Of a stretch of DNA of 43,564 nt, positions 11,870 to 23,998 are shown piece after piece. How positions within the stretch are numbered: the first letter of the stretch is position 1; the number at the start of each line of letters is the position of its first letter. The notes under the pieces were generated by a model, which had not been told where the DNA came from, did not search any database, and saw only the letters and a list, made by a program, of their open reading frames with translations. The stretch is taken from the NCBI GenBank assembly GCA_049999805.1, contig JBNGIO010005849.1, positions 1 through 43,564 on the forward strand. Reading direction: 5' to 3'. A program made the translations under genes and the position numbers. The stretch is from Folioceros fuciformis. Taxonomy: Eukaryota.

Positions 11870-13140
11870 AAGGTATACACTCTTCTCTTTTCCTCTGGAA
11901 AGGGCAATCCAATCCCTGTGGTGGACGCTGAGAAGCCCTACGTCGCCAGGGCCATCTTTACTTCCCAATCTGTTATTTGGCACCAACTGATGAAGACTGA
12001 CTTTTTTTCCCCTCCTCTGCTAGAAAGTCATCCATACTGGAGTCTCAAGAGAGTGATTCTGAAGAATGATGATGCCCCTCCTCTTCCTTGGAAGTCATCC
12101 GTCCTGGTGACTATGAGGAAACAATTCCTCTTCCTGGTTGATTTCTTGTGCCTGCTGTATCTATTCTTGGTGGGCATCTGGCCTCCACGCGCACGTTCAG
12201 GATCCGGCTGATGCCTCTCGCGTGAACGTCACAAGATTGTGGGGAAGGACACCCGACTTGCTCCACCGGAAGCCCCAGATCCGCTGACCGTCCTCTAAGA
12301 CCTAACTCGAAGTGGAAATGCTGTGTGACCCACTTACCGTGGTCCGCAAGGGGACCTTGATACGTCTACCTGGCCACAGTATACGTATATCCACAATTCT
12401 GTTCCTACTTCTCACAAAGATGCAGTGTTCCACGACACACACTTGCATCCACTTTGTTCAGTTTAGAGCAGTTTCTGACTCTCTTACCGAGCTCCCCTCC
12501 TCCTTATGGTGTAGGAAGAAGACTACGTGTTTCAGACTTAGAACATTTGAAAACTGAAGCATTCGGGAACCCCGTTCTCATATGTCATCTTATTGAGTTG
12601 AGGAGAGATGTATGAACAGCAAATGCTTGGCATTGTTCTTCTTTCAACCGCTTGAAACCTGTACTCCACTCCGCTGGCTGCCAACTGCTCAGAGAGACAC
12701 TCAGTGCGTGGTTCACAGCCAACCGGTAAATTGGGGCGAAGCTGGTCATGATCTTACTGAAGTTTGGTGTAAAGGAAATCACAGATATACGTGAACTGAC
12801 CAAAATCCCCCCTCGATCTCATTGCTCTATCGAAAACTAATTGGAAAAGTGGTAATCCTCTACTTCAGAAAGCTTTGGAACTTGATGCTATTCCTGCCTT
12901 GCTCTAGGCGCAAGATTGAAGGGAGCACTTTGCCAAATGGGGCCATCATCCGGTTTTGACGATGACGGAAGCCAAGCTCGTTGCGTTGCCCTGTTTGCAA
13001 ACGTCCTTAAGGACATGGCATGCCATCGTGGACGGCATGAGAGTGAGGTTCAGAATAAAGAAGTTTGTATATTTCATTTACAAGAGATGGGAGATCCCAT
13101 CTACCTCGAACAAGAGGGGGAAGACACCCTGCAATTAGTT
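11870..13140 (+). pseudogene. Possible decayed coding sequence of unknown family
   Basis: Protein-like segments VYTLLFSSGKGNPIPVVDAEKPYVARAIF... (11873-12211) and RRDV*TANAW...KFGVKEITDIRELTKIP / LDLIALSKTNW...HFAKWGHHPVL...FVYFIYKRWE (12601-13138). Joining them needs 4 stops and one frameshift at a C6 run. Confidence 0.3.
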
Positions 13141-15161
13141 GCATTCCAATTAGTGGCTGGTTGGGGCAGACAAGTAAAGGAACTCGCTTGTCGCACTTCC
13201 GAAAGCTTCCATGAGTTTCTGTTAGTCCAAGGAGATGGAGATTCCTATCTAAGCTACCAAATTATAGCCCACATTGATTACAAAATATTTGCATACTCCT
13301 TTGATATACCAAATATTCTGAGATTGTTCTCTGCCATGCAAGAAAACTTGTTTATTTGTGCCCAAATGATCTTCTGCTTCAGAGCTTCCTTGTGCGAAAC
13401 GAGGAAACGATGGATTGGATTGTGAGGACAGTTCCAGCCAATCCCGTTCCAGCCACGTTGTGCGGAAGCTAGAGCTACTCCCACCGCCCAAATCCCGTGC
13501 ACATGTGCTCGCCTTGGGTCCCAATTCTGATATCGTTCTTCAGAACAGTGTTTTTGCTGGTTGTTTACTGTATAATGGTTGCCGTCGGAGCGGGAGTGGG
13601 AATGTTATGGCCATGTAGAGCGAGCCCATTCGCAGCTTCCTAATTTGCTGTAAAAAGCGTGACGTTTTCACTCTCCATGGCCGCCCACGATGGCCTTGCC
13701 GGCAACTTCAGAGTCAATATTGTCCCCGCAAGAGAGGCAAGAGGGACATGAGGATTTCCGCAATGGAAAAAAAAGAAAAGAGAAGCACATGGGGAAGCTG
13801 AGTCGAAAGTCGCTTAGAAAGTTCCGGAGAGCACGAGGAAATGCTATCTGTAACTGGTTACAGTATTGGTAGTGGGACACGCGGCCTGCCGGCCTGGCCC
13901 TTGCCCTTGCTTGAAGTGAACAGGAGTGTCCATAGGAGGTTGCGGCACACCATGAACAAAGCAAAGCACCTGGGGGGCAAGTGCAGTGGAGGTCCATGGC
14001 TTGGAATGTTGTTGCTGGACGAGCTGAGCCGAATCTCCGCATCACATGAAGCTGCCGATGATTGCAGGCTGTTAGAGAACCCTGGCACGGTCCCGGACAC
14101 AATGAACCCAAAAGCAAGCTGAGAAAGCACATTAGCAAGTGCGAGAATGCTCACTTGCCTTGTCTCATATCGGGGTCTGCAGGGTGCCCTTGCCGCACTC
14201 ACTGCACTGCGTACAGTACGCCAACATTTGCCAAATAAAGAACGGGAGACCGGCGAGATGCCCTGTGAGAAGAGTGGAGCCCGAGCGCGAGCCTGGATTG
14301 GAGAACAATCTCAGAGCAGGCTGTTGCAACCTCATTTTGCGAAAGAGGCCGGGGAGGAGCATCTGGCGAGTGAGGTGGGGAGTCAGTCACATGTGGGGAA
14401 CTGTGCAGGGCACTGTGCACGCCTGGTGACAAGGTGACGAGGGGGACAGGAACGGTGTGCACGTCTTGAGAGAGCGTGGCAGACGCCAGCACCAAGTACA
14501 CGCAGTGCCGCTGCTAACGAAAGCTCATCCGGATGGGTGGTGATGCCGTCGCCCACCTGTGCCCGGAGAGCAGAATTTGCAGGTGAAATTGCAACATGTG
14601 TACAGTGCTATAGATGGCGTGTCAACCAGAGAGCGACGCTGCAAACCGGGTTGTCAACCCTCGCTACCCTGTCCAAGCCGCAATCCCACAGACACGATGC
14701 CCTGTGCCCGAGTCGTGGATCCCGGAGAATCTGCCTGCTGACGTCTTGCTGCACTATATTAAGGCGCTGCAGAGAGAAGAGGGCGGCGTGTTGCCCAAGC
14801 TTTGCTGCTCGAACCCGCGTATAAAAATGGGCGGGTTGGCACAGCAGGATCTGAGTCCACGGATTCCTGAAGTCTTAGCTTCTTGTCGCCGTGTGCCAAC
14901 AGATTTCTGTTGCAAGGCCTTAGGTGGTATCCGCGCCTGGAGTTGCGAGCGGTGAGACGTCTCGCCAAAGGCTGGCTCTCGAAGAGGTCTCATCGCCGAT
15001 TCGTGGCAGCGCCAGCCCTGGAGCTTGGAGACGCGATTCGCGCATCGATGAGACGCGCGACAGTTTGCCGCTTTCGACAGCCTGGGGCTGTCTGTCTCCT
15101 TGCACTCCATTAGTTGGCTGCCCGCACCAGCATCTACAGGACGGGCCCGAGGGAAGCTGCC

Positions 15162-18100
15162 ATGGACGCGGGCGACGTCGGTGGCAAGGCGGTACAAGAT
15201 CAACGCCAGAGGGACGAGGGTGCGAGGTCTGAAGCGGACAAGGACGACGAGAGCGCGGCAGGTGATCCAGCCATGGCGCCTGCAGCGGCAGCGGCAGCAG
15301 CAGCGCCCGACGCCGGGACGAAAGGGAGGGCGAGCGGGGGCCCGGGGAACAGGACGGCGGTACCCTTCCACCGCCTCTTCCGCTTCGCGGACGCACAGGA
15401 CTGGGGTCTGATGCTGCTGGGCATAGTGGGGGCTATCCTGGACGGCCTCTCCCTCCCTGTGATGCTGCTGGTGATGAGCGGGCTCATCAATTCCTTCGGA
15501 GAGAACTCGCAGGGGGTGAAGTCCGACTTCATGGACGAGATCCGGAAGTACACCAAGGAGTTCACCTACATCGCGGTCGGCACCATGGTGGCCAGCTACT
15601 TGGAGGCGGCCTGCTGGATGCGGACTGCGGAGCGGCAGACGAGCCGGATCCGGCACAAGTACCTTCGCGCCATTCTCCGCCAGGACGTCTCCTTCTTCGA
15701 CCTGGCGGGGACGTCGACGGCGGAGGTGGTGAACTCTGTGGCCGTGGACTCTATGGTGTTCCAGGAGACGCTGGCGGAGAAGATTGCACACTTCGTGATG
15801 AACGTGTCGGGCTTTATAGGGGGCTACGCGGTGGCATTCTTTCTGGCCCCGAAGATGGCAGCGTTCATCCTCGCCTTTTCCCCGCTGCTCATCGCGCCCG
15901 GGGTGCTGTACGGGCGGACCCTGATGCAGCTCTCGCGGAAACTGCAGCAGCAGTCCGTGAAGGCAGGGGCTGTGGCAGAGCAGGCGTTGTCCGCCATCCG
16001 CACCGTGTACGCATTCGTCGGGGAGAAGCGCAGCAGCACCGCCTACAGTGCAGCGTTGGCGGAGACGGTGCAACTCGGAAAGCAGCAGGGCCTCGCCAAG
16101 GGGCTCACCATCGGCTTCAACGCCGTCTCCTACATCATCTGGGCATTCGCCGCCTACTACGGCGCGCGCCTCTCCATCAACGAGGGCGTGAGTGGGGGGA
16201 AGATCGTGGCCACCGGACTGGCCTCCATGGTCGGGGGGCTCGACCTCGGCCTGGCCCTCCCGGATTTACGCTACTTTGCGGAAGCCGCGGCGGCGGCCGC
16301 CACGATGTTCTCCATGATCGACCGCGTCCCCGCCATCGACAGCGATAACCCGGCTGGTACCCAGCTGGAAACGGTGCAGGGCGAGTTGGAGCTGCGGGGG
16401 GTGGAATTTCGCTACCCTGCCCGGCCCGACACAGTCGTGTTCCAAGACATGAATCTCGTCATCCCCGCGGGGCAGACGGTAGCCTTGGTGGGCGGTAGCG
16501 GCAGCGGGAAGTCCACCGTGGTGGCGCTCCTGGAGCGGCTCTATGACCCGGTCGCCGGCGAGGTGCTGCTGGACGGGGTGAACATCAAGAATATCCAGCT
16601 CAAATGGCTGCGGCTGCAGATCGGGCTGGTGAGTCAGGAGCCGGCGCTGTTCGCCACCTCCATCATGCAAAACATCCTTCTGGGGAGAGAGGGCGCCACG
16701 GAGGAGGAGGCCATGGCCGCCGCGCGCGCCGCCAACGCCCACGACTTCATCTCCATGCTCCCCGCTGCCTACGACACTCAGGTCGGGGAGCGCGGAGTCC
16801 AAATGTCCGGCGGGCAGAAGCAGCGCATCGCCATCGCCCGCGCCCTCCTCCGCAAGCCCCCCATCCTCCTGCTGGACGAGGCCACGAGCGCGCTGGACGC
16901 GGAATCGGAGCGGGTGGTGCAGACCGCGCTGGACAGCGCCGCCCTCGGGCGGACCACCGTTGTCGTCGCTCACCGCCTCTCCACCATCCGCCACGCCCAC
17001 AAGATCGCCGTGGTACAGGCCGGGCGGGTGGTGGAAACCGGGGTCCACGACGAACTGGTGAACCGGGAAGGTGGTGCGTACGCCGCCCTGGTCCGCCTCC
17101 AGCACACCCGCGCGTCGCAGAAGGAGCTCCACGACGAGATGGCCAGGGTATCCTCCTCCAGGGTGTCGTCCTCGCATGGCCCGCGCCTGAGCTCGCACCG
17201 CATCTCTAGCGCCCGCGTGTCCAGCGCCAGAGCCCCTGGCACCCTGCCCTTGGAGGAGGTGAAGGCAGCAGGAGTCGCAGCCCCGAAAGCGCCGTCCTTC
17301 AAGCGTCTCCTGGCCCTGAACAAACCGGAGTGGAAGCACGCAGTGCTGGGATGCGGGGGCGCTGCGGTGGCAGGGTTCGTGCAGCCGTTGTACGCTTTCC
17401 TGCTGGGGACGCTGGTGTCCGTGTTCTACTACACGGACAAGGAGCGCGAGAAGCGGACGGTGTCCAAGTTCGCGGGAGCCTTCGCCGCACTCTTTGTGGG
17501 CGCCGTGCTGGTGAACCTGATGCAGCACTACAACCTGCAAGTCATGGGGGAGAAGCTGACGCGGCGGATGCGTGAAATGGTGCTGGAGAAGGTGCTCACG
17601 TTCGAGGTCGGGTGGTTCGACAGGGAGGAGAACAGCTCGGGCGCGGTGTGCGCGCGGCTGAGCAGCGAAGCGAATGTGGTGCGGTCTCTAGTGGGAGACC
17701 GGGTAGCGCTGGTGGTGCAGGTGACGGCGGCGGTGCTCTTCTCGGCGGTGGTGGGGCTGGTGGTGGCCTGGAAGCTGGCCTTGGTAATGATCGCCATGCA
17801 GCCCCTGGTGGTGCTGGCCTACTACGGGAAAAAGGTGGTGCTAGCATCGGAGTCCGGGATGGCGATGCGAGCGCAGCAGGAGTCGAGTGCGCTGGCGAGC
17901 GAGGCCGTGTGCAACCACAGGACTATCACAGCCTTGTGCGCGCAGGACCGGATCGTTAACCTCTTCGACGCCATGCAGGACGGGCTCCGCAAGGAGAGCG
18001 TGGTGAGGGCAAACGTGGCGGGTGTGGGCCTGGGGATGGCGCAGTTCATCCTCTACTCCAGCTGGGCGCTGGATTTCTACTACGGCGGGAAGCTGGTGAA

Positions 18101-19087
18101 GGACGGGGATATATCCTTCCGCGCCATGTTCATCTGCTTCTTCGTGCTGCTGTCCACCGGGAGGATCATCGCGGACGCCGGGAGCATGACCTCGGACCTC
18201 GCCAAGGGCGCGGGGGCGGTGGCCGTGCTCTTCGCCATCCTAGACCGGAAGACGCTCATCGACCCGGACGGCCCGGGAGAGAAGCTGGAAAATGTGACGG
18301 GACACGTGGAAGTGAAGGACGTGGATTTCGCGTACCCGGCCCGGCCGGACATCATCATCTTCCGGAACTTCAGCCTCAAGGTGCGAGCGGGAACCAGCGT
18401 AGCCCTAGTGGGCCAGAGCGGCTCTGGCAAATCCACCATCATCGGCCTTATCGAGAGGTTTTACGATCCGCTGCGGGGCAAGGTGAAGATCGACGGGAAG
18501 GACATCTCCTCGCTGCACCTGCGAACCCTGCGCAGGCACATCGCGCTGGTCGGGCAGGAGCCGACGCTCTTCGCCGGGACCATCCGAGACAACATTTTGN
18601 NNNNNNNNNNNNNNNNNNNNNNNNNNNNNNNNNNNNNNNNNNNNNNNNNNNNNNNNNNNNNNNNNNNNNNNNNNNNNNNNNNNNNNNNNNNNNNNNNNNC
18701 TTCATCTCCGCGCTCGCGCATGGCTACGATACCAACACCGGGGAGCGGGGGCTGCAGCTGTCCGGCGGCCAGAAGCAGAGGATCGCCATCGCGCGGGCCA
18801 TCATCAAGAACCCCGCCATCCTGCTGCTGGACGAGGCCACCAGTGCGCTGGACGCGGTGTCGGAGAAGGTGGTGCAGGACGCGCTGGACAGGGTCATGGT
18901 AGGGAGGACTACCATCGTTGTCGCGCATCGGCTCACTACTATCCAGAACGCCGACTCCATCGCCGTGCTTCAGGACGGGGCCATTTTGGAGCAGGGCCGG
19001 CACCAGGAGCTCTTGAGTAAGGGCGAGTCCGGAGCCTACTTCCAGCTGGTGCAGCTGCAGCAGAGCAAGATGGTGGAGGAGTCGTGA
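15162..19087 (+). CDS. ABCB: Full-size ABC transporter subfamily B (P-glycoprotein/MDR), most like the plant ABCB15-22 clade; apparently intronless; spans a 100-N gap
   Basis: TMD-NBD-TMD-NBD layout. Walker [10 protein letters not shown] and [10 protein letters not shown]-loops VSQEP and VGQEP, signatures [13 protein letters not shown] and [13 protein letters not shown], Walker [12 protein letters not shown] twice, H-loop VAHRL twice. [33 protein letters not shown] resembles the ABCB15 clade. First ATG 15162; after the gap the frame resumes [11 protein letters not shown] and ends at TGA 19085-19087. Confidence 0.95.
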
Positions 19088-20055
19088 CCTTCCTTCCCTG
19101 ATCCCTTTTTTTGCCTTCCTTCTCATTTTTCCATCTTCCCCCGCTTCCACCATGCATGTGCACCTAGTCAGGGGACGGATCCGGATGAAGACTACTCGTA
19201 ACATTCGCGGCTTGTGGTAGATCTAACGGAGCCTGATGTTTAGCGGGTGGCACATGTAATCGATTCCTAGGCGCTCCACTCAGCACCACAGTAGCTGTGT
19301 CGGGCATGCCTGGTAAATCTTCTCTCCGTGCGGTATGCTGGTGGTGTCGTCTCTCCTCCATGCAAGGACAAGCATGCGTTCCTTCCACGATGGAAGCGGA
19401 GCCCGGCACCAGATCTGTAGTCCTCCCTTGGAGTACGTGGAGAGGCTTTCTTCGTTTATCTAGACCTGTTCATGGAACCTTAGAATACAGCATGTGGAGG
19501 ACTCCGAAAGGAATTCCATAATCGTCAGCGACATATCTTGTTTAAAATATGGTACGCAGTTCTATGAATGAATAACATGGTACAGGCGATAAAGAATATC
19601 ACCATGCATGGCCTCGTCAGCGAATTTTTTCGCCTCCAATTTTCACGTCCATCTTTCACTTATTTTAAATATGTTATTTCTATAAATTAGTACTTTTTGA
19701 CAGAAAATATGAACGTTTAACGTATAATGTCCATGAAACATGGTGCAGCAAAGAGTATAAGTTGCGAATCCCAAATATGAGATAGTTTGTTATTTTATAT
19801 ATATATTAATTTAATTTAAATAATTTATGAGTAATATTTAACATAATCTATTCCCAGAGTGCAAGAGTATTTTATTAAGAAGAAGAAGATATAAGAAGTG
19901 TAATAAGAAAATAAAAAATTATCCATAATGCATCCTTCCCTTCAAACACCCCACTTCCATGATGCTTTATCTTTAAGCGCCCTATCCAAGTACCAATCCA
20001 TGCATTAGATGCTTCATCTTTAAGCACATTCAGATATTTATTAGATATTTAATCT

Positions 20056-20348
20056 TTAAGCACTCCATCCAAGTATAATCGAAGCCGATCGACGATAAAT
20101 ACATAAGCACCCTAGGTATCCATCCAAGTATCCATCGAAGACTATCGATGATACATATATAAGCACCCTAGACATCCATCCAAGTGGAGATGTGCCAAGC
20201 TTCACCCTTTGACCTACACTATTAGATGCTAAATATATAAGCACCCTAGGTATCCATCCAAATGGAGATGTGCCAAGCTTCACCCTTCGACCTCTGCTAT
20301 TAGACCCAGCGAGTTCACACTGCTATTAGACCCAGCGAGTTCACACTG
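20056..20348. repeat. Composite tandem repeats (about 57-78 bp units with taagcaccctaggtatccatccaag, then two 26-bp units)
   Basis: ataagcacccta(g/a) occurs at about 20103, 20159 and 20237. tgctattagacccagcgagttcacac occurs twice at 20295-20346. Confidence 0.8.
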
Positions 20349-20359
20349 GTCAAGTGGTT

Positions 20360-20485
20360 GAAATCTTGTCTTCAGGCAGTAGCATTTCAGGTGACTGAAA
20401 TCTTGTCTTCAGGCAGTTGCATTTCAGGNNNNNNNNNNGTTGCATTTCAGGTGACTGAAATCTTGTCTTCAGGCAGTTGCATTTC
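20360..20485. repeat. 37-bp minisatellite spanning a 10-N gap
   Basis: gaaatcttgtcttcaggcagt(a/t)gcatttcaggtgact starts at 20360, 20397 and 20457. Confidence 0.8.
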
Positions 20486-21042
20486 TACGAAATTCCGTAA
20501 ATATGAAATGAACAATGACTTCCGGCTCACCGATCAAGTCATGGAACAGTTGTTTCCAGACACTTGACTTGAACAGTTGTCTCCAGGCACATCCGTAATG
20601 TGAAGTAAATCCGACTGCCAGCGTCACGAGGGGGACAGGGGTGAAGAAGTGAAGTCGGTGAAGACCAGTCAGTCCAATACACAGCATGAGGGTGGACAAG
20701 GCACTCAAGTTATGGACGGATAATAGTTATCATTCAGAATAAAGCTCGGATTTGGTCAGCCACGGAACACACATCGACCATAATTTGAGGTGAAACAATA
20801 GAAATACCAATCCTTACTAAGCCAAGCGTTTGACCGCAGTAATGGAATCCTTAGTAGCTCTTCGGTGAGAGCTTGCAATGACAACTACAGCGGAACTGTC
20901 ACAATTGGATATTATTACCCACCACCACGCCCCCATTCTGGTCCAAATAGATAGAGAGATGAGCGCTGTCCCTTTGGACCCTAGTTGTGGTGTGCTATGG
21001 TAGTTGATTAGCCCCCAAAGCTTTAGTCTGCTCTCAACATCC

Positions 21043-23998
21043 TCAGGGCTGCCCAATGAGGCTTGCTATGTTCACATGTGAAGTGCAAAGAAAGCTCCTC
21101 AATGCCTTTGTCTGCTGTTGCCCGTAGAATTCAAGCATTTGAGCAACAACATCTGCAATCAGTACGACCACAACAATCGTTAGCCCAGAATTCATTTGGA
21201 GGCAAACTAAGCCACATAACAAAACGAGGGTGTGCACAACAGATATACTGCACCAGAAACCTCATGCAGCCAAGTTTTGCCAGGTTGATACAACTATAAC
21301 AGGTGCAGAACTCACTCCCGTGTCATACTTTCAAACACGGCAAACTAAGCCATACAACAAGCAAAGGGCGTGCAAAAGATCTCCTGCAGCAGAAACCTCA
21401 TGCAGCCAAATTTTGACAGGTTGATACAAACTATGACAGGTGCTGAACTCCTACTCTTGTGTCATACTTTCCAACACAAGACAATTTACAAGCTTTCATA
21501 ACACAAGACTCCATTCCTCCATGTTACCAGACCTCACCAGCACAACCGATTAGAGACACGTTCTCTCACTAATCAGATAGTACGCAAAAAGCCTTTGGAA
21601 GCATTAGGCTGAGATCATACGACCCAAAAATCGACACAACCCACTTAAGCCCAAACTTCTCAGACAGACACGATCCGCCAGGCTCCCACATTCCTCTGCC
21701 ACACAAGCCACTGTATGATGGATTCTTGAGATTGACCCAGGCTGGTTGAAGCAAGAAGCATAAACTTAAGTCACAGATCATGGAATCCAGGTCCATGCTA
21801 GCTACCCCAACTCTTGGGTATTAACAAATTTCAAAAGTATCAGATGTGTCCACCGTGTCAGGTGAGTTCATCATCTTTACCCTGTCAGATATAATAATGC
21901 AGGCAGGTTATCCCACTTGGAAAGCCCAAGTGCAAGAGATACGCCAAAGCCGTCAAGCGGCATAGAGACAATCCCTGATAGTTCACTTCACAATCCGAAA
22001 CAGTGTCGACTGTCGAGGTAAATCACGGGCAGTACCTGTCAGAATATCCGGAGTTGTTTGAAACTCAGTCCACCAGGGAATCTTTCCATTTATGAAAGGC
22101 AGTTCAATATGTAGAACCTTAGAAGCTAGAAACGCAGCCCCAGCAGCTAGGTGCTCAGGATGGAATTGAAGACAGAGAGTAGTTCGCAACCTGCACAAAG
22201 ATCCAAGATCGAAAAGGTATTGAGAATTGCTCAATCATGCCAAGGTATGAGCAGAAACAATGCGTTTAACAACTACTCACCCATCGTTGACAAAGTTGCA
22301 AGCAACTTGCCAAAACGGTCCATGGCCGAGATCCATTTTGTTCAACACTTCGAGTAGAGACTTGTATGGATGATGCACGGTGAGTTCAAAGTCCAAAGTC
22401 GTAAGCACCAATTGCTCTCCTCCCAGAACAATCTCTCTCTGTCTCTCCATCTCCTGCTCAGAGAGGCACAGCAGATGTAACTCCTGCGTGTGACAGCAAC
22501 AGGAGAGCTTCCTCCAAAGTACAAACATAAACACAAACACAAATGCGATTGGATTATACTTACCCTTTGAAATCTATGCTGAAACATATTTGGTGGCCAA
22601 TTGTGGCATAATTCATAAGCAAGAAATATCACGTCATTCAATGGACGAGCTGTTTCTTCTAACTTTGCTGCCAAAAACATGCAGCTTGTGGCAATAATCT
22701 ACAAAGACAACGACCATATCAGACGAGGGGGCTGATCACAATTTTGCAAGAATACGGTTTAGAAGACATATGTTGAGAGCCCATGCTGTGAAGGCGTACA
22801 AATCTGTCATTTGAGGCATGGGATTGCCGTAAGAAAAATCTGTGGCACAGTACAATCGAAGTTGCAATAGCTGTCTGCGGCCTGCACATATTCAATATAT
22901 CTGTCAGGAAAAACCCCGACTGGACTGTTTCCGTAGCTCCCCACTCATGACTAGTCTTGACTGTCCAGAGGACATGAATACGTACCCTGTAAGAAAAAAT
23001 TTTGAGACATCGCTTTCCCCTCATATACAGCATCTCCCTCAGTTCCTAGTATAAGGCTTCAGCTTGAACAGGCAGGTAGCCAAGGAAGAAGACACAGTTG
23101 CAGCTGCTTGCAGTTGACTGGTAGGTATGCAATCACCAATGGAGGTTCACAGATTCTGACAGAAAGGACAAAGTCCTCTCAAGCTGTTTGAAGAGGTTTC
23201 TTACCATTAAAAGCCTTCAAAATGAGGGCACTTGACCTAGGGTCACGACTTATTCAGCTCCCTGCCACTTTATGCACTCGGGTTTCTAGGTGAAGCAAGA
23301 TGGGGAGGGGACCCGCCTAGCTAGACCTTTCCGGGACGCAAGGAATTAGATATCACAGCTATCGGACCTCATCCAGGACCTTGTTCTTTCCACTCAAACT
23401 GCAGGCATATATCCGCATATGGTAATGCTCAACCGAAAACACTAACTCACAAGCCCCAAAAACATGGCCGTAACACTGCTCCCACAAGAGGGAGACTGCG
23501 CAAAGTTACTTCACTACAGGAAGGAGTACAGATTCCTCATGCAAGTCCAGTACTCAGATGTCCAACTCTGACGCTCAATGAATGCTTCCAAGAGCTACGA
23601 ATCCGTGGCAGTAAAGCAGAAGACCAAGCACAGTATAACCACTGCCATTGATTCCTGACCAGCATGAAATTTAGGGCATAACGTGTGAGTGCATATCTTG
23701 GCGCACAACAGCCAGCCAGCAATGGGTGGATCACGAATACTCACAGTTGCAAGCGCATTCCGAGATTCTGTAGAAAGGTACAGTAAGAGTTCCGCAGATT
23801 TATCTCCTTCCGCAAGTCGATTCCGTCCCTCCGCGATGGCGAAAACCTTTCAATCTTGTCTCTCGGGAAATAGAACCCTGCACTGTCCGTGGAACTGCAG
23901 CTTGCGGAGCTGTTGCCATCCGAGCTTGTAGAGCCGGCCGATGGGCATGCGTTGGCTGTGTCTCGTTCCATCTGCAGAAAATCCCTCGTGGTGGCCAT
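21043..23998 (-). CDS. CYCT1: Cyclin T-like protein (P-TEFb cyclin family), 6 coding exons, about 302 aa
   Basis: Exons 23998-23745, 22881-22800, 22698-22564, 22453-22281, 22190-22036 and 21152-21043 (909 nt, phases compatible, GT-AG). Motifs [106 protein letters not shown]. The exon 4 acceptor and the C-terminus are less certain. Confidence 0.88.
21201..21477. repeat. Two-copy 138-bp tandem duplication in cyclin T intron 5
   Basis: ggcaaactaagcca...gtgtcatacttt..aacac at 21201-21338 and 21339-21477. Confidence 0.9.

Noticed and set aside
14161-15098. TGTCTC auxin-response elements upstream of ABCB
   Set aside because: Isolated hexamers without paired spacing; within chance expectation.
14754-17540. 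Long minus-strand ORFs (439 aa and 424 aa) overlapping ABCB
   Set aside because: Antisense shadows of a GC3-rich CDS, with Arg/His/Gly-biased composition and no motifs.
18600-18699. Apparent frameshift in ABCB NBD2
   Set aside because: Caused by a 100-N placeholder gap; about 65 nt would restore the frame, and motifs on both sides are intact.
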